Source of the DNA: Gekko japonicus
Taxonomy: Eukaryota
Reading direction: 5' to 3'
Assembly (NCBI RefSeq): GCF_001447785.1
Contig: NW_015173673.1
Location: forward strand, 849,214-913,213
Length of the DNA stretch: 64,000 nt
Every line of letters begins with the position of its first letter. Within the stretch, counting starts at the first letter, position 1. The notes under the pieces are model-generated. The model ran no database searches. It worked only from the letters and a program-made list of their open reading frames with translations, and was not told the origin of the DNA. The translations under genes and the position numbers were made by a program. Shown piece after piece: positions 1 through 12,877 of this stretch.

Positions 1-2588
1 AAGATGTTCGATTCTATTACTTGAATGACAGATATAGTTTACTCTCCTAAACATTTCTTTGGCGATATAAATGTAGTCTTGCCACTGGCTATTGGATAAT
101 CCCCAAGTTGTTAAAAGTATTCGCCTGTAGGCTTTCCTAAATTGTTTTCCCAGGAAGCTTTGCTAAATATGATACACGGCGAAACATAGTTGTTGCTGCT
201 CAACTTGCTTCGAGAGAGGTAAGGTTCGCTTCGCTTACATTCAAAGCTGCAATTAGGGTCATGGGGGAAGCATGCTTGTGGTACTGAAACCAAACAAGTT
301 ACCCTGAAAGGCATCTGACTGCCAGTAGCAGAGGAGGGACTGCGTAAAAATCTGGACTGGGGTGTGTGTGCCAGTCCAAAGCATGACGCTCCTTTTGTGA
401 AGACTACCGAAAGGGCCTCCTGCATGGTGGGATTCCACTAACAGGGCCATTACACTTCGGCATAACTCAGCACTGAAAGGAGTTTCTCAGCTGTGGGTAG
501 GAAGAAAGACCGTACTTGATATTTTGGTCTTTCTTGTTACCACGAAGTAATATAGTCTGTAAAAACAACCAGGGCTGTCACTCAAGGTTCCACTGCATAG
601 TCCTTAAATTAGCATATTATCAGAACCTCAGTATGTACCTCAGAGAGTGAAGATTTTAAAACAACACTGTTGAAGGTTAGGCTGCCCTTTGTGAAGTTCC
701 ACTTGCTACACATACCAGATTATACTGTAGCCAATTCCCTTCCTATAGTGTCACTGATTAGTCAACTAAAGGGCTACTTGATTATTGCAGATTAAAACTG
801 GCTAAAATCTGTAGTGTTAGATCCAAAAGAAAAAAGGTTGGAAGGACAATGCATGTACCTGTCTTTGTCGTAATACTTTAGAACTGTGTGATGATAAAGG
901 CAGCTTTTGTCTATTTCAAATACTGGAAAAGATAAGTGCAGTCTACCCCGCCCCCTTATTAAAACAGAGCACACTACTGTGACTAGGAAGCAGTATTATC
1001 TTGAAATAATGTTCTAAAACGTTGGAGGCCCATTAGGCATACCAGTGCAGGGTGCAATTTTGACATACCATTCCTCCGCCCATTATTCTCTGAACTCTCA
1101 CAAACGTTGTAAATTAACCAAAACACCCACCTACCTGATGACTAAAATATACTACAGCAGTGAAAGTCATTTCACCACATACCTGTGAAGTCCCCTGAGG
1201 AAGAAGAGACTTTAGCCTTATCTGTAGGTGGTCAGGTTTTCTGGCTTTTGTCACCTGAGAGGGAACGGCCCAGTTTGCAGTTCTAGTGATGATTCCCTAC
1301 GGACAGGTTTGCACAGCTATATAACCTCTGCCTGACCTTTTTGACCATTTCCTAGGATTGTATGGCACATTATGAACCAGGGTCACAGGGATATGCCTGT
1401 TTTGATTGTGGTCATACTCTGGTAATCGAACGATGACAGTATCCATTCACAAATGAAAAGGTTCAGCTTGGCCCACATAAGTTTTTAACAATAGTCCATT
1501 GTTCACATTCTCTGGTGCTGAGGGGAGAAGCCATTATATTGAGAGAAAGACCATCCCCCTCAGACAGTTGTCTCTCACAAGGAGGTTATAAACTTAAAAA
1601 TATGCTTCAAGACTCTTCCTATGCTACTTTGAAGTTTTTAATTGGAACAAACTACACAAACAGTTTAATGTTCAAAATTTTTAAGCCTGCTAATAGATGA
1701 TCCGGTTTGACCCTTTAGCCATCTGTTTGGACCACAAAAAATGCCATGCAGCTTCCCTTAAGCATCCTACTCCTAATATTATTCATTTCTGAGACCTTGT
1801 CATTTTATTCTCCCTTACAGAGTGTGTTTAGATGAAATATCAGCTTCTTTTCTACAGTATTATTGCTACTATTAAAAAACTATAATTAGGATAGAGGAGG
1901 CTGTTTCCTTACAAGCAACAAAGGGTTAACTTCCATAATTTTCGGTTTATGGGACTCTAACCCCCCCACTAGTGCAGAGAACCTCCAGGAGCAACACTGG
2001 GTTTCACTGTGAAGGTCTGTGGTAGAAGAAAGAAATAAGTGGAAACCCCCACCCACCCAGCTGGAAGAATGATCCTTTTCAGCAGTGTAAAGTTACTGCA
2101 GCCCATTAAGGCCATATCTTTCCCAAAGGAACTGGTAAAAGAATTAATCCTTGTCTGTTCAGAGACTTCTGGGAACAGCAGGTGTATATCAGAGGCCAAG
2201 GGTTTATTGCTTGCAAAGGACCAAACAAAATATGACACTGAGTGATCCCTTATAGAACTTCATGGCATTTTAAAGGGAGATAATCACTCAGGGCTCCAAA
2301 AATTCAGATCAGTCACAGTGTACTAGACAGCATTTGTTTCTCTTTAGAAATTTTAGAAAGATCCTTCACTGATTTCCCACCTCCACACTGGCTTTAAGTT
2401 AGTGCCTATAAAAATAATTGTACCACCATTTTTTCCCTTAATTTCCAATATTCAAGAGCACAAGAGAGAGCTATATGGCCAAAAATTAAGTAGATCTTCA
2501 GGTTGCACGTGGTTAAAGAGATTTCTAGATCTGAAAATGCAAAAGGTTAATTGAAGACTTGGAAAAAAACTTTTTACTAATCAAAGCT

Positions 2589-2675
2589 TTTATTTAATTG
2601 CTTTAGTAAAAGGGCTAGCATTGTATAATTGTAGTGGCTTGACCTAAAGGGGCAAACACTTAAAACAATTTTATT
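2589..2675 (-). terminator. Candidate RAD52 polyadenylation signals (AATAAA at 2670-2675 and 2589-2594 on minus)
   Basis: tttatt hexamers about 470 and 550 nt downstream of the stop codon. Usage is not demonstrable from sequence. Confidence 0.4.
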
Positions 2676-3142
2676 CCACAGAAAGTTGGTTTCAGAAGTA
2701 CAGCTTTAAAATGTGGTAAGTGCCTTTCAACTATTTGATATGATATTTCTCTATGCATTTTTACAGAGCAAATAACTAATTTAAAACTAGCTTACCCTGT
2801 TCCTTAATCACAGAGCCAACTAAGCATCTTGTAGCACAAGGCTCATACTAGTTACAAAGGTGGCCTTCAGTTAAAGAAAAATGGCAAAAAAAACACCCCA
2901 GTATTGTATTCACATTTGAGTTTGTGTCAAGCCAGAACAAGATAGTAGGGTTGTGATCTGAAGACAGTTTAGGAATAACGTGATTTTAAACCTTCAGTCT
3001 CATCTTACAAACTCTACGTACACTGTTTTCTTTCTATATGTGCTGTTTGGATGTCCATTTAGTAAAGGAATATTCCGCATTCTGAAATTGCAGGCAAACC
3101 AAACTGGCAAATAGAGCAAAGCCAAGTATGTTTCATCCTGTG

Positions 3143-3201
3143 CTAAGAGGGCTCCAGTCTTCTCTTCTTCATGCCTTGGCTCCTCCTGTATGGACTGCAC
3201 T
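3143..3201 (-). CDS. RAD52: RAD52 last coding exon (exon 12): (E)CSPYRRSQGMKKRRLEPS*, C-terminal NLS
   Basis: Acceptor tttttagcag. Phase 1 joins exon 11. Stop TAG at 3143-3145. RRSQGMKKRRLEPS matches the human terminus RKSQDMKKRKYDPS. Confidence 0.93.
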
Positions 3202-3976
3202 CTGCTAAAAAGGAAACAAATCCTTAAGAGTTTTCCCCCTCCTTTATACAACAGAGCCTGTTTGTATAACTTTCTTCTCTCATGTGGAGCAATCATGTTC
3301 TCTTTGGGAGAGCATTCTCCTAGCTCAAGCCTGAATTTTACAATTATTTATTTTTATTTATTTAAAACATTTATTAGCCACGTGCTCTCTTGCAGAATTC
3401 AAGGAGGCTTACAAATAAAATAAAACATAAAAAACACAACAAATGCAAAACCCATACAAACAACAGTTTAAAAATTCCAAACAGGACTGCCAATAATAAA
3501 AGCTAATTACATGCAGAACACACTTACTTTGAAGCAAATCATATTTAATTCAGTTGAACAGCTTCCAAGGAATTGAACTCCAGACTGTAGATTTAATCTT
3601 ATTACAGCATATATTCAGAAGCACTGAAGAGGCCCTTTCTCTCTCCTCTTCACAGGCTTCAGACACTGTTTAGAAAGCTGAAGCCAGTGGAACTAGCAAC
3701 TTGACAGTGGAACCCTATGCAAAGTTGCTCTTGTCTAAGCTCATTGATTTTAATGGGCTTAAAAAGGAGTAATGCTACACTGGATCACTCCGTGAGCATG
3801 CTAAGCCAAAAACATGCAACCATGCCTAGATATGTCCTGCCCCGCCCCACCTGTTCATTGAAAAAGGGAGTCTATATCCTACACAGCAATATGCCTTGGT
3901 TCCCCTCTGCCGCACACATAGTTAGAGTCTTGAGTTTCTGTGCCAGACATATTCTCCCATCTTTCACATAACTTAC

Positions 3977-4183
3977 CTGATGAGTAAGGTTTGGGACTAA
4001 TGGATGCCCAGCAAGGTCCATGGTCTGCATATATTCTTTGATGGCTTATTCTTTGAGGTGTTCTGCTGCGAGTCATCATCTGATACTGCCCTGGATGCTG
4101 GGCTGGCATAGTAGGGGCTGCATTGTGTTTGGTAACACTGGGGTCAGTGGCCTCCAAGGGCAAGTCCCATAGCCCAGGGTCAT
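3977..4183 (-). CDS. RAD52: RAD52 exon 11 (207 bp): DDPGLWDLPLEATDP...MMTRSRTPQ...KPYSS
   Basis: Acceptor gtttcag, donor CAG|gtaagt, phase 1-1, open frame. QMMTRSRTP resembles human QMVTQNRTP. Confidence 0.88.
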
Positions 4184-4567
4184 CTGAAACAACCATTAAC
4201 AGGGCAGGTAAAGCCAACTACGATCAATCCCATCTACAACTGACAACTGAGTTAAACTGTAACAGGAGCATCTATACAAGAAGCAGACTAGATGTTCTTT
4301 GCCAAAGGATTAGAAATGCAAAGGCAGGATGAAGGTCACTAAGCCCTTACTACACCCACCATTTCTCCCATGTAAATATAATCTCCCCTGCCCACTACTT
4401 TTTCCAGTCATTCAGGTATACTTTCTGAGATCCCAATTCACCACCAAACCAGTTCTGTAAGGAGGAGTGCCTGGGAAAAGGGCTGTTTGTGCCTGCATGT
4501 ACTGTGCTGTCTTAAGTTATTACTTCACAGAAACTTGCCACTGGCCAGTATACAGTTCTGTACTCAC

Positions 4568-4642
4568 CTGCAAGGAACTCCTCTTCCAAAGTAGGTTCTA
4601 GCTGGGCTGGAGTGCTGCGCTTTGTAGGAGAGACATTATGAA
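4568..4642 (-). CDS. RAD52: RAD52 exon 10 (75 bp): VHNVSPTKRSTPAQLEPTLEEEFLA
   Basis: Acceptor ttcaaaag, donor CAG|gtgagt, phase 1-1. Aligns to human HSTPVTVSEPLLEKDFLA. Confidence 0.88.
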
Positions 4643-5600
4643 CTTTTGAACAAAAACAAGAAGTTGATTAGTGCTGCTAGTGGAAGAAGGCAAACTGATG
4701 ACATCATGCATGCACACATTATCTGTCTTTGAAGTATGGCAAGAAGGAGATTATGGCTGTTTGAGTTTTATTGACAAAGAGCCATCGCAAGGCAAAAAAA
4801 TGAATTTTGGACTTTAATTCAAGGACATGTGATAATTATATAAACAAGAAGAAATTCTCTGTGAGCTTGTTCCATTTATGAAGGCAGTCTGCTGCTGCTT
4901 CTGAGATATGCTGTGCCTTATTAGTCTCTAGATTTGTATAACTTTCTTTATAAGTGTTATAACTTGTTTAAGATGGTCAGGTTGGTTAAGGCTCTATTCT
5001 GTGTTTGTTTTTTTAATAAAACATTTAGGTCTGTCAACTGAATGGGCACCTGGCTTCTAGCAGATTTAACTGATGAAAGAACTGATAAAATCTGTACATT
5101 ACGAAACCCTAAATGAGGGTGAGTTTTATTCCAAATGAAGGAAACAAAAGCTACCATTCCTTGTTAAAGAGAAAAAAGATGTTCTTCCCTAGTAGCTACC
5201 ATTCCTTGTTAAAGAGAAAAAAGTAACAGTAACAGGCAATTCTTCTTATTTTGCAGCTCCACCAATTACTGATCAGCTACAACTGACTGTTAATTGACTA
5301 ATAACCAGCAAATCACCTGCTGATTAAACATTGCAATTTGCTGCCCTAACTTCATTGTACTGTTTTGCATTTTATACTTTTTAGCAGGTCATTTTGTGCA
5401 GCAACAGATGATTCATTCTGCTGGCCAGAGTAGCAGAAGATTATACATTTTCAATAAGTTCTTATATTGATGCTTTCATTTAGAATAAGTACAATACACA
5501 CTTGTTTATTATCCCTCTCTCAGTTACCTGCCAAGTTCTTGACCTACTTGTTCCAAATTTTTCATGCTGTAGCAGATACAGAATCTAACTAGTGTGTTAC

Positions 5601-5743
5601 CTTGGTTGCTAGCTTGACCAGCTGGAGCATTTGATTTAATCTGCTCTTTCTTCTGCATCTGCTGTCTAAACTGCTGCTGCAGTTGCTTCTGCCGTAACTT
5701 CCGCTGGTATGTGGCATCACCCTCCAAGGGCAGTGACACTCTA
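5601..5743 (-). CDS. RAD52: RAD52 exon 9 (143 bp), contains RPA-binding segment ATYQRKLRQKQLQQQF
   Basis: Near identity to human EATHQRKLRQKQLQQQF. Acceptor tctcacag, donor AAG|gtaaca, phase 2-1. Confidence 0.93.
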
Positions 5744-5964
5744 CTGTGAGAAAACACAAACCAAGCAATGATATCACTGTGTTGCCTTCCTCCTAACAGC
5801 CAACCTGTATACCTAGCAGGTTATATCTGGAACAAATGGAGACTATTTGCCACAAACGGTTAACAGTGAGAATTGCCCCTATTCTGTGCAAGGCAATCAG
5901 GAAAATGAATTGAACCCTTGAAATAAATCTCCACTCTCTTTAAATCAACACTCATGAACAAGTT

Positions 5965-8900
5965 TATGAACTTTTAGATAGGCTGGTAGATAGTGCTGGG
6001 GAGGAACCAGTGGTTGTGGTGCATGTCGGCACCAACGATGTGCGGAAATGCAGTCGTGAGGTCCTGGAGGAGAAATTAGGTTGCTGGGCAGGAAACTTAG
6101 GTCCAGGGCCTCCAAGGTAGCTTTCTCAGAAGTGCTACCTGTTCCACGCGCAGGGCTGGAGAGACAGGCACAGATCAGGAGTCTCAATGCATGGATGAGA
6201 TGATGGTGTAGGGGGGGGAAGGTTTCAAGTTTTTTAGGCACTGGGATGCTTTTTGGAACAAGAGGGAGCTGTGCAAGTGTGACGGTCTCCACTTCTCCCG
6301 AGAAGGAACCAGGCTGCTGGTGCTTAAAATAAAAATGGTGGCAGAGCAGTTTTTAAACTGAATATTGGTTTGGGATGACTCGTCTCAGAGAGATGAGGGG
6401 GTACCTGTTGCTTTTCTACAGGGAGGAGGATTGAAATTGTCCACTGAGACCATGGCTAGACATGGACTGCCTGACAAGGTCTTGAGATAGCAAGAGGAAG
6501 GTTGCAGGCTTAACTTGTATGGGAAATTATAGCTGTTTCTATACAAATGCTAGAAGTGTCAGAGGTAAAATCGGGGAGTTGGAGTGCTTGGTGTCGGAGA
6601 GAAAAATAGACATTGTGGGTATTTCAGAAACTTGGTGGGATGAGGAAAACCATTGGGATACAGTGATTCACGGTTATATATTATATCGGAAGGACAGGGG
6701 GGGAAGGGTTGGAGGTGGGGTGGCTCTGTATGTCAGAGAGGGTATAAAGTCCAGAAAGATTGAGAGGCTAAGATAATTGGATTCGCTTCTGGAAGTTCTA
6801 TGGGTTGAAATAGGGGGGCCAAAAGGAAACTTAATACTGGGAGTTTGTTATCGCCCACCAGATCAAAAGATAGAGGAGAATTATAAAATGATGAATGCAT
6901 TAAAAATAGCAGCTAGACAAAAACACTGTGTCGTAATAGGAGATTTTAACCACCCACACATTGATTGGGTCAATATGTGTTCTAGTCGAGAAAAAGAGAT
7001 TGAGTTTCTAGACACTCTAAATGACTGTGCTATGAAGCAGATGGTCACAGAACCCACCAGAGGAGAGGCGATCCTTGATTTGGTCCTAAGTAACACTCAA
7101 GACCTGGTGAGAGATCCAGATAGATTGCAAAAATGTTATGCAACTGTTTCAGGGAACTGTTGGGAGGTGTAAAAATAACATAGGAACACATTTCCACATA
7201 TGGTGGAAATGCGAAAAAATACAAAGATTCTGGAAAACTACTAAACGATTGATAAAAGACATCACAGGGATTGATTTACCATTGACACCAGAAATCTTTT
7301 TATTAAACATTATACCAAACGGCCTTAAATACAATGAAACATGTATTATTACATATTTAGTAACAATGTCTAGAATATGTATTGCAAAAAACTGGAAATC
7401 GGACTGTATACCGAGTAGGGAAGAATTGATAAGCAACCTACTTGATGTAATTGAAATGGATAAATTAAACATGTTTTTTGGCGGGAAAATCAGAGGAAAA
7501 ATTTAAACTGAAATGGCAAAATGCCATTAAATAGTACGAGGAAAATCTGGAATGTTAACCCCCAATTGTTATAACATGACATATAAATGTATGTAACTAA
7601 TGAAAACTGAAAATAAAATGTTAAAAAAACAAAAAGACCTGGTGAGAGATGTAAAAGTGATTGAACTGCTTGGGAACAGTGATCATAATGTTGTGGAGTT
7701 CTACATTAGTATAAATAGGGAATTGGCCAAAAAGACTGACACAACCACTTTTAACTTTAAAAGGGGTAACTTCTCTGATATGAGGGGACATGTGGGGAGG
7801 AAACGGAAAGGAAAAGTAGAAAGGGTCAAAACCATAGGGGAAGCTTAGAAACTATTTAAAACTACAATCCTAGAAGCTCCCCCCAAAAAAATATTCCGCA
7901 GGTTAGGAAAGGCACAAATAGGCATAGGAAAAAGCCTGCATGGTTAACAAAGTAATGGAAAGTGTAAAAGGATTCCTTTAAGCACTGGAAAGCTAGTAAC
8001 AGTGAGGCTGATAAAACAGAACACAGGCTATGGCAAATAAAATGCAAGTCTGTGGTCAGGCAGGCAAAAAGGGAATATGAGGAGCATATAGCAAAAAACG
8101 TAAAGACCAACAATAAAACTTTCTTCAAATACATTAGAAGCAGGAAACCAGCCAGGGAGGCAGTGGGGCCCTTGGATGACCAAGGGGTAAAAGGAGTCGT
8201 GAAGGATGATAGGGAAATGGCTGAGAAGCTGAATGCATTTTTGCCTCTGTCTTCACTGCAGAAGATGAGAAGTGCTTGCCCACTCCAGAACCACTGATTT
8301 CGGGAGGGGTGTTGAAAGACCTGAGTCAGACTGAGGAGATGAGAGAGGAGGTCCTACGACTGATAGACAACTTAAAAATTGATAAATCACCAGCCCGGAT
8401 GGCATACATCNNNNNNNNNNNNNNNNNNNNNNNNNNNNNNNNNNNNNNNNNNNNNNNNNNNNNNNNNNNNNNNNNNNNNNNNNNNNNNNNNNNNNNNNNN
8501 NNNNNNNNNNNNNNNNNNNNNNNNNNNNNNNNNNNNNNNNNNNNNNNNNNNNNNNNNNNNNNNNNNNNNNNNNNNNNNNNNNNNNNNNNNNNNNNNNNNN
8601 NNNNNNNNNNNNNNNNNNNNNNNNNNNNNNNNNNNNNNNNNNNNNNNNNNNNNNNNNNNNNNNNNNNNNNNNNNNNNNNNNNNNNNNNNNNNNNNNNNNN
8701 NNNNNNNNNNNNNNNNNNNNNNNNNNNNNNNNNNNNNNNNNNNNNNNNNNNNNNNNNNNNNNNNNNNNNNNNNNNNNNNNNNNNNNNNNNNNNNNNNNNN
8801 NNNNNNNNNNNNNNNNNNNNNNNNNNNNNNNNNNNNNNNNNNNNNNNNNNNNNNNNNNNNNNNNNNNNNNNNNNNNNNNNNNNNNNNNNNNNNNNNNNNN

Positions 8901-9786
8901 NNNNNNNNNNNNNNNNNNNNNNNNNNNNNNNNNNNNNNNNNNNNNNNNNNNNNNNNNNNNNNNNNNNNNNNNNNNNNNNNNNNNNNNNNNGATAACTCAC
9001 TGAAAATGTTGAGACAGTGTGTGACTGCAATAAAGAAGGCCAATGCTATGCTGGGGATTATTAGGAAGGGTATTGAAAACAGATCAGCCAATATAATAAT
9101 GCCCCTATATAAATCAATGGTGAGACCTCATTTGGAATACTGTGTGCAGTTCTGGTCACCACACCTTAAAAAGGATATTGTAGCTTTGGAAAAAGTGCAG
9201 AAAAGGGCAACTCGAATGATAATAGGGTTGGAACACTTTCCCTATGAGGAAAGGTTAAAGCGCTTAGAGCTCTTTAGCTTGGAGAAATGACGACCAAGGG
9301 GTGACATGATTGAGGTTTATAAGATTATGCTTGAGATAGAGCAGGTAGAGAAAGAGGTACTTTTCTCCCTTTCTCACAATACAAGAACTCGTGGGCACTC
9401 CATGAAATTGCTGAGCGGTCAGGTTAGAATGGATAAAAGGAAGTACTTCTTCACCCAAAGAGTGATTAACACGTGGAATTCACTGCCACAGGAAGTGGTG
9501 GTGGCTACAAGCATGGACGGCTTCAAAAGGGAATTAGATAAGCATATGGAGCAGAGGTCCATCAGTGGCTATTAGCCACAAGGTATAGATAGGGGCTCTG
9601 GGGCAAGTGATGCGCTGTCTTCTTGGTGCTTGGGGGGAGTCAACAGTGGGAGGGCTTCTAATGTCCTGGCCCCACTGGTGGACCTCCTGATGGCACCTGG
9701 TATTTCTGGCCACTGTGTGACACAGAGTGTTGGACTGGATGGGCCTTTGGCCTGATCCAACATCGGCGTCTCTTATATTCTTATGT
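5965..9786 (+). mobile_element. CR1 LINE, 5'-truncated within ORF1, degenerate
   Basis: ORF1 SGNH-esterase remnant (VVVHVGTND...DGLH), APE endonuclease (CFYTNARS, GISETWW, GDFNHP), RT C-terminus (YKSMVRPHLEYCVQFWSP), TTCTTATG-type tail, possible TSD AACAAGTT (5957-5964 / 9787-9794). Gap at 8411-8990. Confidence 0.95.
7116..7633 (+). mobile_element. 5'-truncated L1-clade 3' fragment inserted in CR1 ORF2
   Basis: C-terminal zinc knuckle (RCKNNIGTHFHIWWKC), AATAAA at 7612, A-rich tail, perfect 17-bp TSD AAGACCTGGTGAGAGAT (7099-7115 / 7634-7650). Confidence 0.92.
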
Positions 9787-10192
9787 AACAAGTTAACTGT
9801 TTTTTAGGATCATGGAAATACATACATAATTGTGAGTGGGCAAAATCTTGAAACCCAGAACTGATCTGTCTCAGATTTTGAATTCTGTACTTATGTGGCA
9901 GATGACAGTAGAATACTATATGTTAGGGAATACAGTCTGGGAACAGAATCACAATGACTTCTAAGGTTTAGAAGATATTCCAGATGCATATTCTTCCCAA
10001 GGTGTGGAGTTTGATGCTTGTGGCACATAGGCAACAGAATGGAAACATTTAGTATCCTCACTGTTTACTGACAATAATTCTGCAAGGACTCCATGTATGC
10101 CTCCACATACTTTACCCTAATCTAAGCAACAAAATAAAACAGGAGTTCAGTGGCAGCTTAACGACCACAGAATAAATTCTGTTACTCTGTAG

Positions 10193-10713
10193 TAGAAGTG
10201 TGCAAAAACAAACAAACTCTTTTTTGTGATTCAGGTCTACTGAACCTGAATAATATCAGTATTCAGAATATTCCCAAATACCAATATTGGTTTTCTACTG
10301 GGATTCGGGTAAATATTCGGGAACCCCAAAATTATTCGGCTCCATTATACCCAATGAGGACCATCCCTACAGGTTCTAATGAAGAAGGGATTTAAAGTTT
10401 AAATGCTTGCTGAGTTCACTCACCGAGTCGTGTCATGGTGATGGCGTGACTCTGTAAGGGAACTCAACAAACATTTAACCTTTATACCCCTTCTGAGTTC
10501 ACTTGCCAAGTCACGCCGCAGTGGTGGTGCAATTCGGCGAGTGAACTCAGAAGGCATATAAAGAGACCTCAGTCTCTTTAAATGCCTTCTAGCCATGCCT
10601 GAATAAAAGCCGAATAATATTGGATTTTATTTGGGTGCAGCTATTTTGGTAGCTGAATACTGATCTCTGATCTGTATTTATTCAGCTTGGAATATACAGA
10701 GCGCACACCTCTA
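10193..10713. mobile_element. Non-autonomous hAT-like element (TIR TAGA(G/A)GTGTGC)
   Basis: Ends tagaagtgtgc ... gcacacctcta. Interior is related to 52309-53190. 8-bp TSD is degenerate. Confidence 0.65.
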
Positions 10714-10718
10714 GTCTT

Positions 10719-10919
10719 CAATGTTCCCTCTAAGCTGAGTTGGTGTGAGCTAGCTCACAGTATTTTAGCCTCCGGCTCTCACATTTTTGTCTCAGGAAGG
10801 AGGGCTCCAGATTAAGCTAATTTATGCAGGAGCCAAACCGCTCGCTCACAGCTTTAATGCCAGTAGCTCACAAAGTAGGATTTTTGCTCACAAGACTCGA
10901 CAGCTTAAAGGGAGCATTG
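10719..10919 (+). mobile_element. hAT MITE, CA(G/A)TGTTCCCTCTAAGCTG family
   Basis: ~18-bp TIRs, 8-bp TSD CTAGTCT(T/C). Homologous copies at 16446, 27056, 53491 and 54097. Confidence 0.88.
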
Positions 10920-11242
10920 CTAGTCTCTAGGGTGCCTCGGGCTCTTGTTTTACTTTGCTGTTACAGATGATCATAGCTACCCATCTGAAATTATACTCAA
11001 CTATGCACTTTCTGCTATTACTCTCTGGCCAGTCACAACAGTATATAGAATGCACTATTCTCAGATTCATAAATGATGCTTTGTTGAACCACAATTCAGA
11101 GTAACACAAAAATTAGCTATAACAGCAGATTTGAACTACCATTATGGTACACATTTGGTAAGTTTAAAAAACCCAGAACTCCTGCCCTATATAGAAAATA
11201 TGGATTAAAATCTGATCAGCGGTGTGTGGGGGTGTATCTAAC

Positions 11243-11430
11243 CTGTTTTCCTGATCTTGTTCAGAAGTGCTCAGTGAAGGTTCTGATTGGTTAGATTTGC
11301 CAGAAGTAGCTGTGGCAAATTGCTGCTGATCTTCATGCTCCTTTTGTAAACAGCTACTGTATCTTGCCTTCTCCACAGCAGGCTCAAAGTCCTGTCTTTT
11401 GGCTTTGCTCAAGTCCAAATCTGGGGGCAT
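11243..11430 (-). CDS. RAD52: RAD52 exon 8 (188 bp): MPPDLDLSKAKRQDFEPAVEKARYSSC...
   Basis: Matches human [27 protein letters not shown]. Acceptor ttgctag, donor CAG|gttaga, phase 0-2. Confidence 0.94.
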
Positions 11431-12693
11431 CTAGCAAAAGAAATGAAACAAAAAGCCATTTAGTACCCAGAGAAACTTAAGAATGTAATAGAAGCATTTC
11501 ACAGACTCCTGATCTGTCAAGCTGCCCAGGAGACAAATTGCTTTCCTGGCAGCCTTTGCCCATTCCATCCAGCATGTAGTTTTTAGCCCTGCATTGTGAA
11601 TCAGACGAATGTGGTTATTTGACTAATGTAAGAGTGATTTCAGTAATGCTTAGTAACCAATGCCCCCTCTGTTGAAATGCACTTTATGGATCATCTTTGG
11701 TTTCTTTTGATTTTTAGTGACAATGACATTTTAAAAAAGAGCCTACCTATTCTCTTTAACACAGAAAGAGGAAACCCACAGATTAACATGGTTAAGTGTG
11801 CTTTGGAAATCAGTTAAGGCGATAATTTGAGCTAATCTGCAGTTCTCTCCCCAGTGCCCACAAGCATATGCTGCCCCTCTCTGATGAAAGGCCAATTAGG
11901 AGGCAAGCACCGTAGGCTGCTGTCAATGAGGAATACTGTTAAGATTCTGGGCTGGAGCTATCAGAATGATGAGACTTAACTGATAATTAATTTAGGGGCA
12001 AAGAGGAAGGAGGAGGAGAATGAGTCCAGACAGTGATGTGATTACCTAGGGAACATTGGAAAAGAAGGGCCTTTTCTCAAAGAGGGAGAAAATGTGGAGG
12101 TGGTTTTAAATTGCTTGTTTTAATTGAATGTTTTCCAGGATTTAGCCATCAAGTTCTATTTTCTTTTTGAAACTACATGTAAACTGTGTTAGGGAGCCTC
12201 CCAAATCAAAAGGGGGACTACAACTTAATGTTTCTGTAGCTTTAGTATTTTAATGTTTGTGCCTCTATTGTCTAAAATAAAAGACAACAGTTTCTTCAGT
12301 TTAAAGAAAATCATCCTAGTGAAAGCACCCTCCTCAGCAACATGAAGAAAACATATTCTAATGTTTGGATTCCCCAAACAGAAAGTTCAGAGAAAATATA
12401 TCAACTTTATGCAACAAAGTGAGATATAGAACTAGAGCACTAATCAAAATTGCACATTAAATACATGGACTTCAGAAGAGAATCATTCAAAACAAGGAGC
12501 AGAATTTTCTGTCTGAACAGCTCAGACAGTGGAAACAGCTATCAAAGGAGAACGTGGCTTTTATGTGCTATGTAACAGAACAAGCAATGCAAATCATGTC
12601 ATTTGAAAAATTTGTATCCACTGCAGAATTCTAGATTTCCTAGTTAGAATCTGAGCAACTCTGCAGTGTCCCTGGAAGTCCCATCTAACACAC

Positions 12694-12769
12694 CTGACGA
12701 GGAAGCTTATTCACCGATCGCAAGTAGTCTTTGTCCAGGATGCAGTTCCCAAGCGCATTACCAAAACAC
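12694..12769 (-). CDS. RAD52: RAD52 exon 7 (76 bp): [25 protein letters not shown]
   Basis: Rad52 signature [12 protein letters not shown] boundaries, phase 2-0. Confidence 0.97.
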
Positions 12770-12877
12770 CTAGTAAATAAGAGATTTTTATTATCTTTTA
12801 GCTGGTGGTTTCTTGTTTTCATAGCCCTCCTGGAACAGCCATGCCAGCAAAATTACTGCATACTGGTTACCACTTAC

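Noticed and set aside
1-2500. WNK1 terminal exon expected from synteny
   Set aside because: No WNK1 coding sequence recognised in any frame, and a UTR cannot be supported from sequence alone.
5149-5223. 30-bp local direct duplication (similar one at ~59155-59215)
   Set aside because: Ordinary slippage or repair micro-duplications with no sign of function.
5528-5566. Apparent 39-bp micro-exon or extended donor (CAG|gtaact at 5528) after RAD52 exon 9
   Set aside because: The intervening intron would be only ~34 nt and the micro-exon gives an immediate stop. The extended donor shifts phase relative to exon 10.
8276-9290. Long ORFs of 130-300 aa at 8276-9290, 27976-28578 and 62387-63017
   Set aside because: They are artefacts of N-runs translated as X. 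The real portions are CR1, LTR or Helitron sequence.
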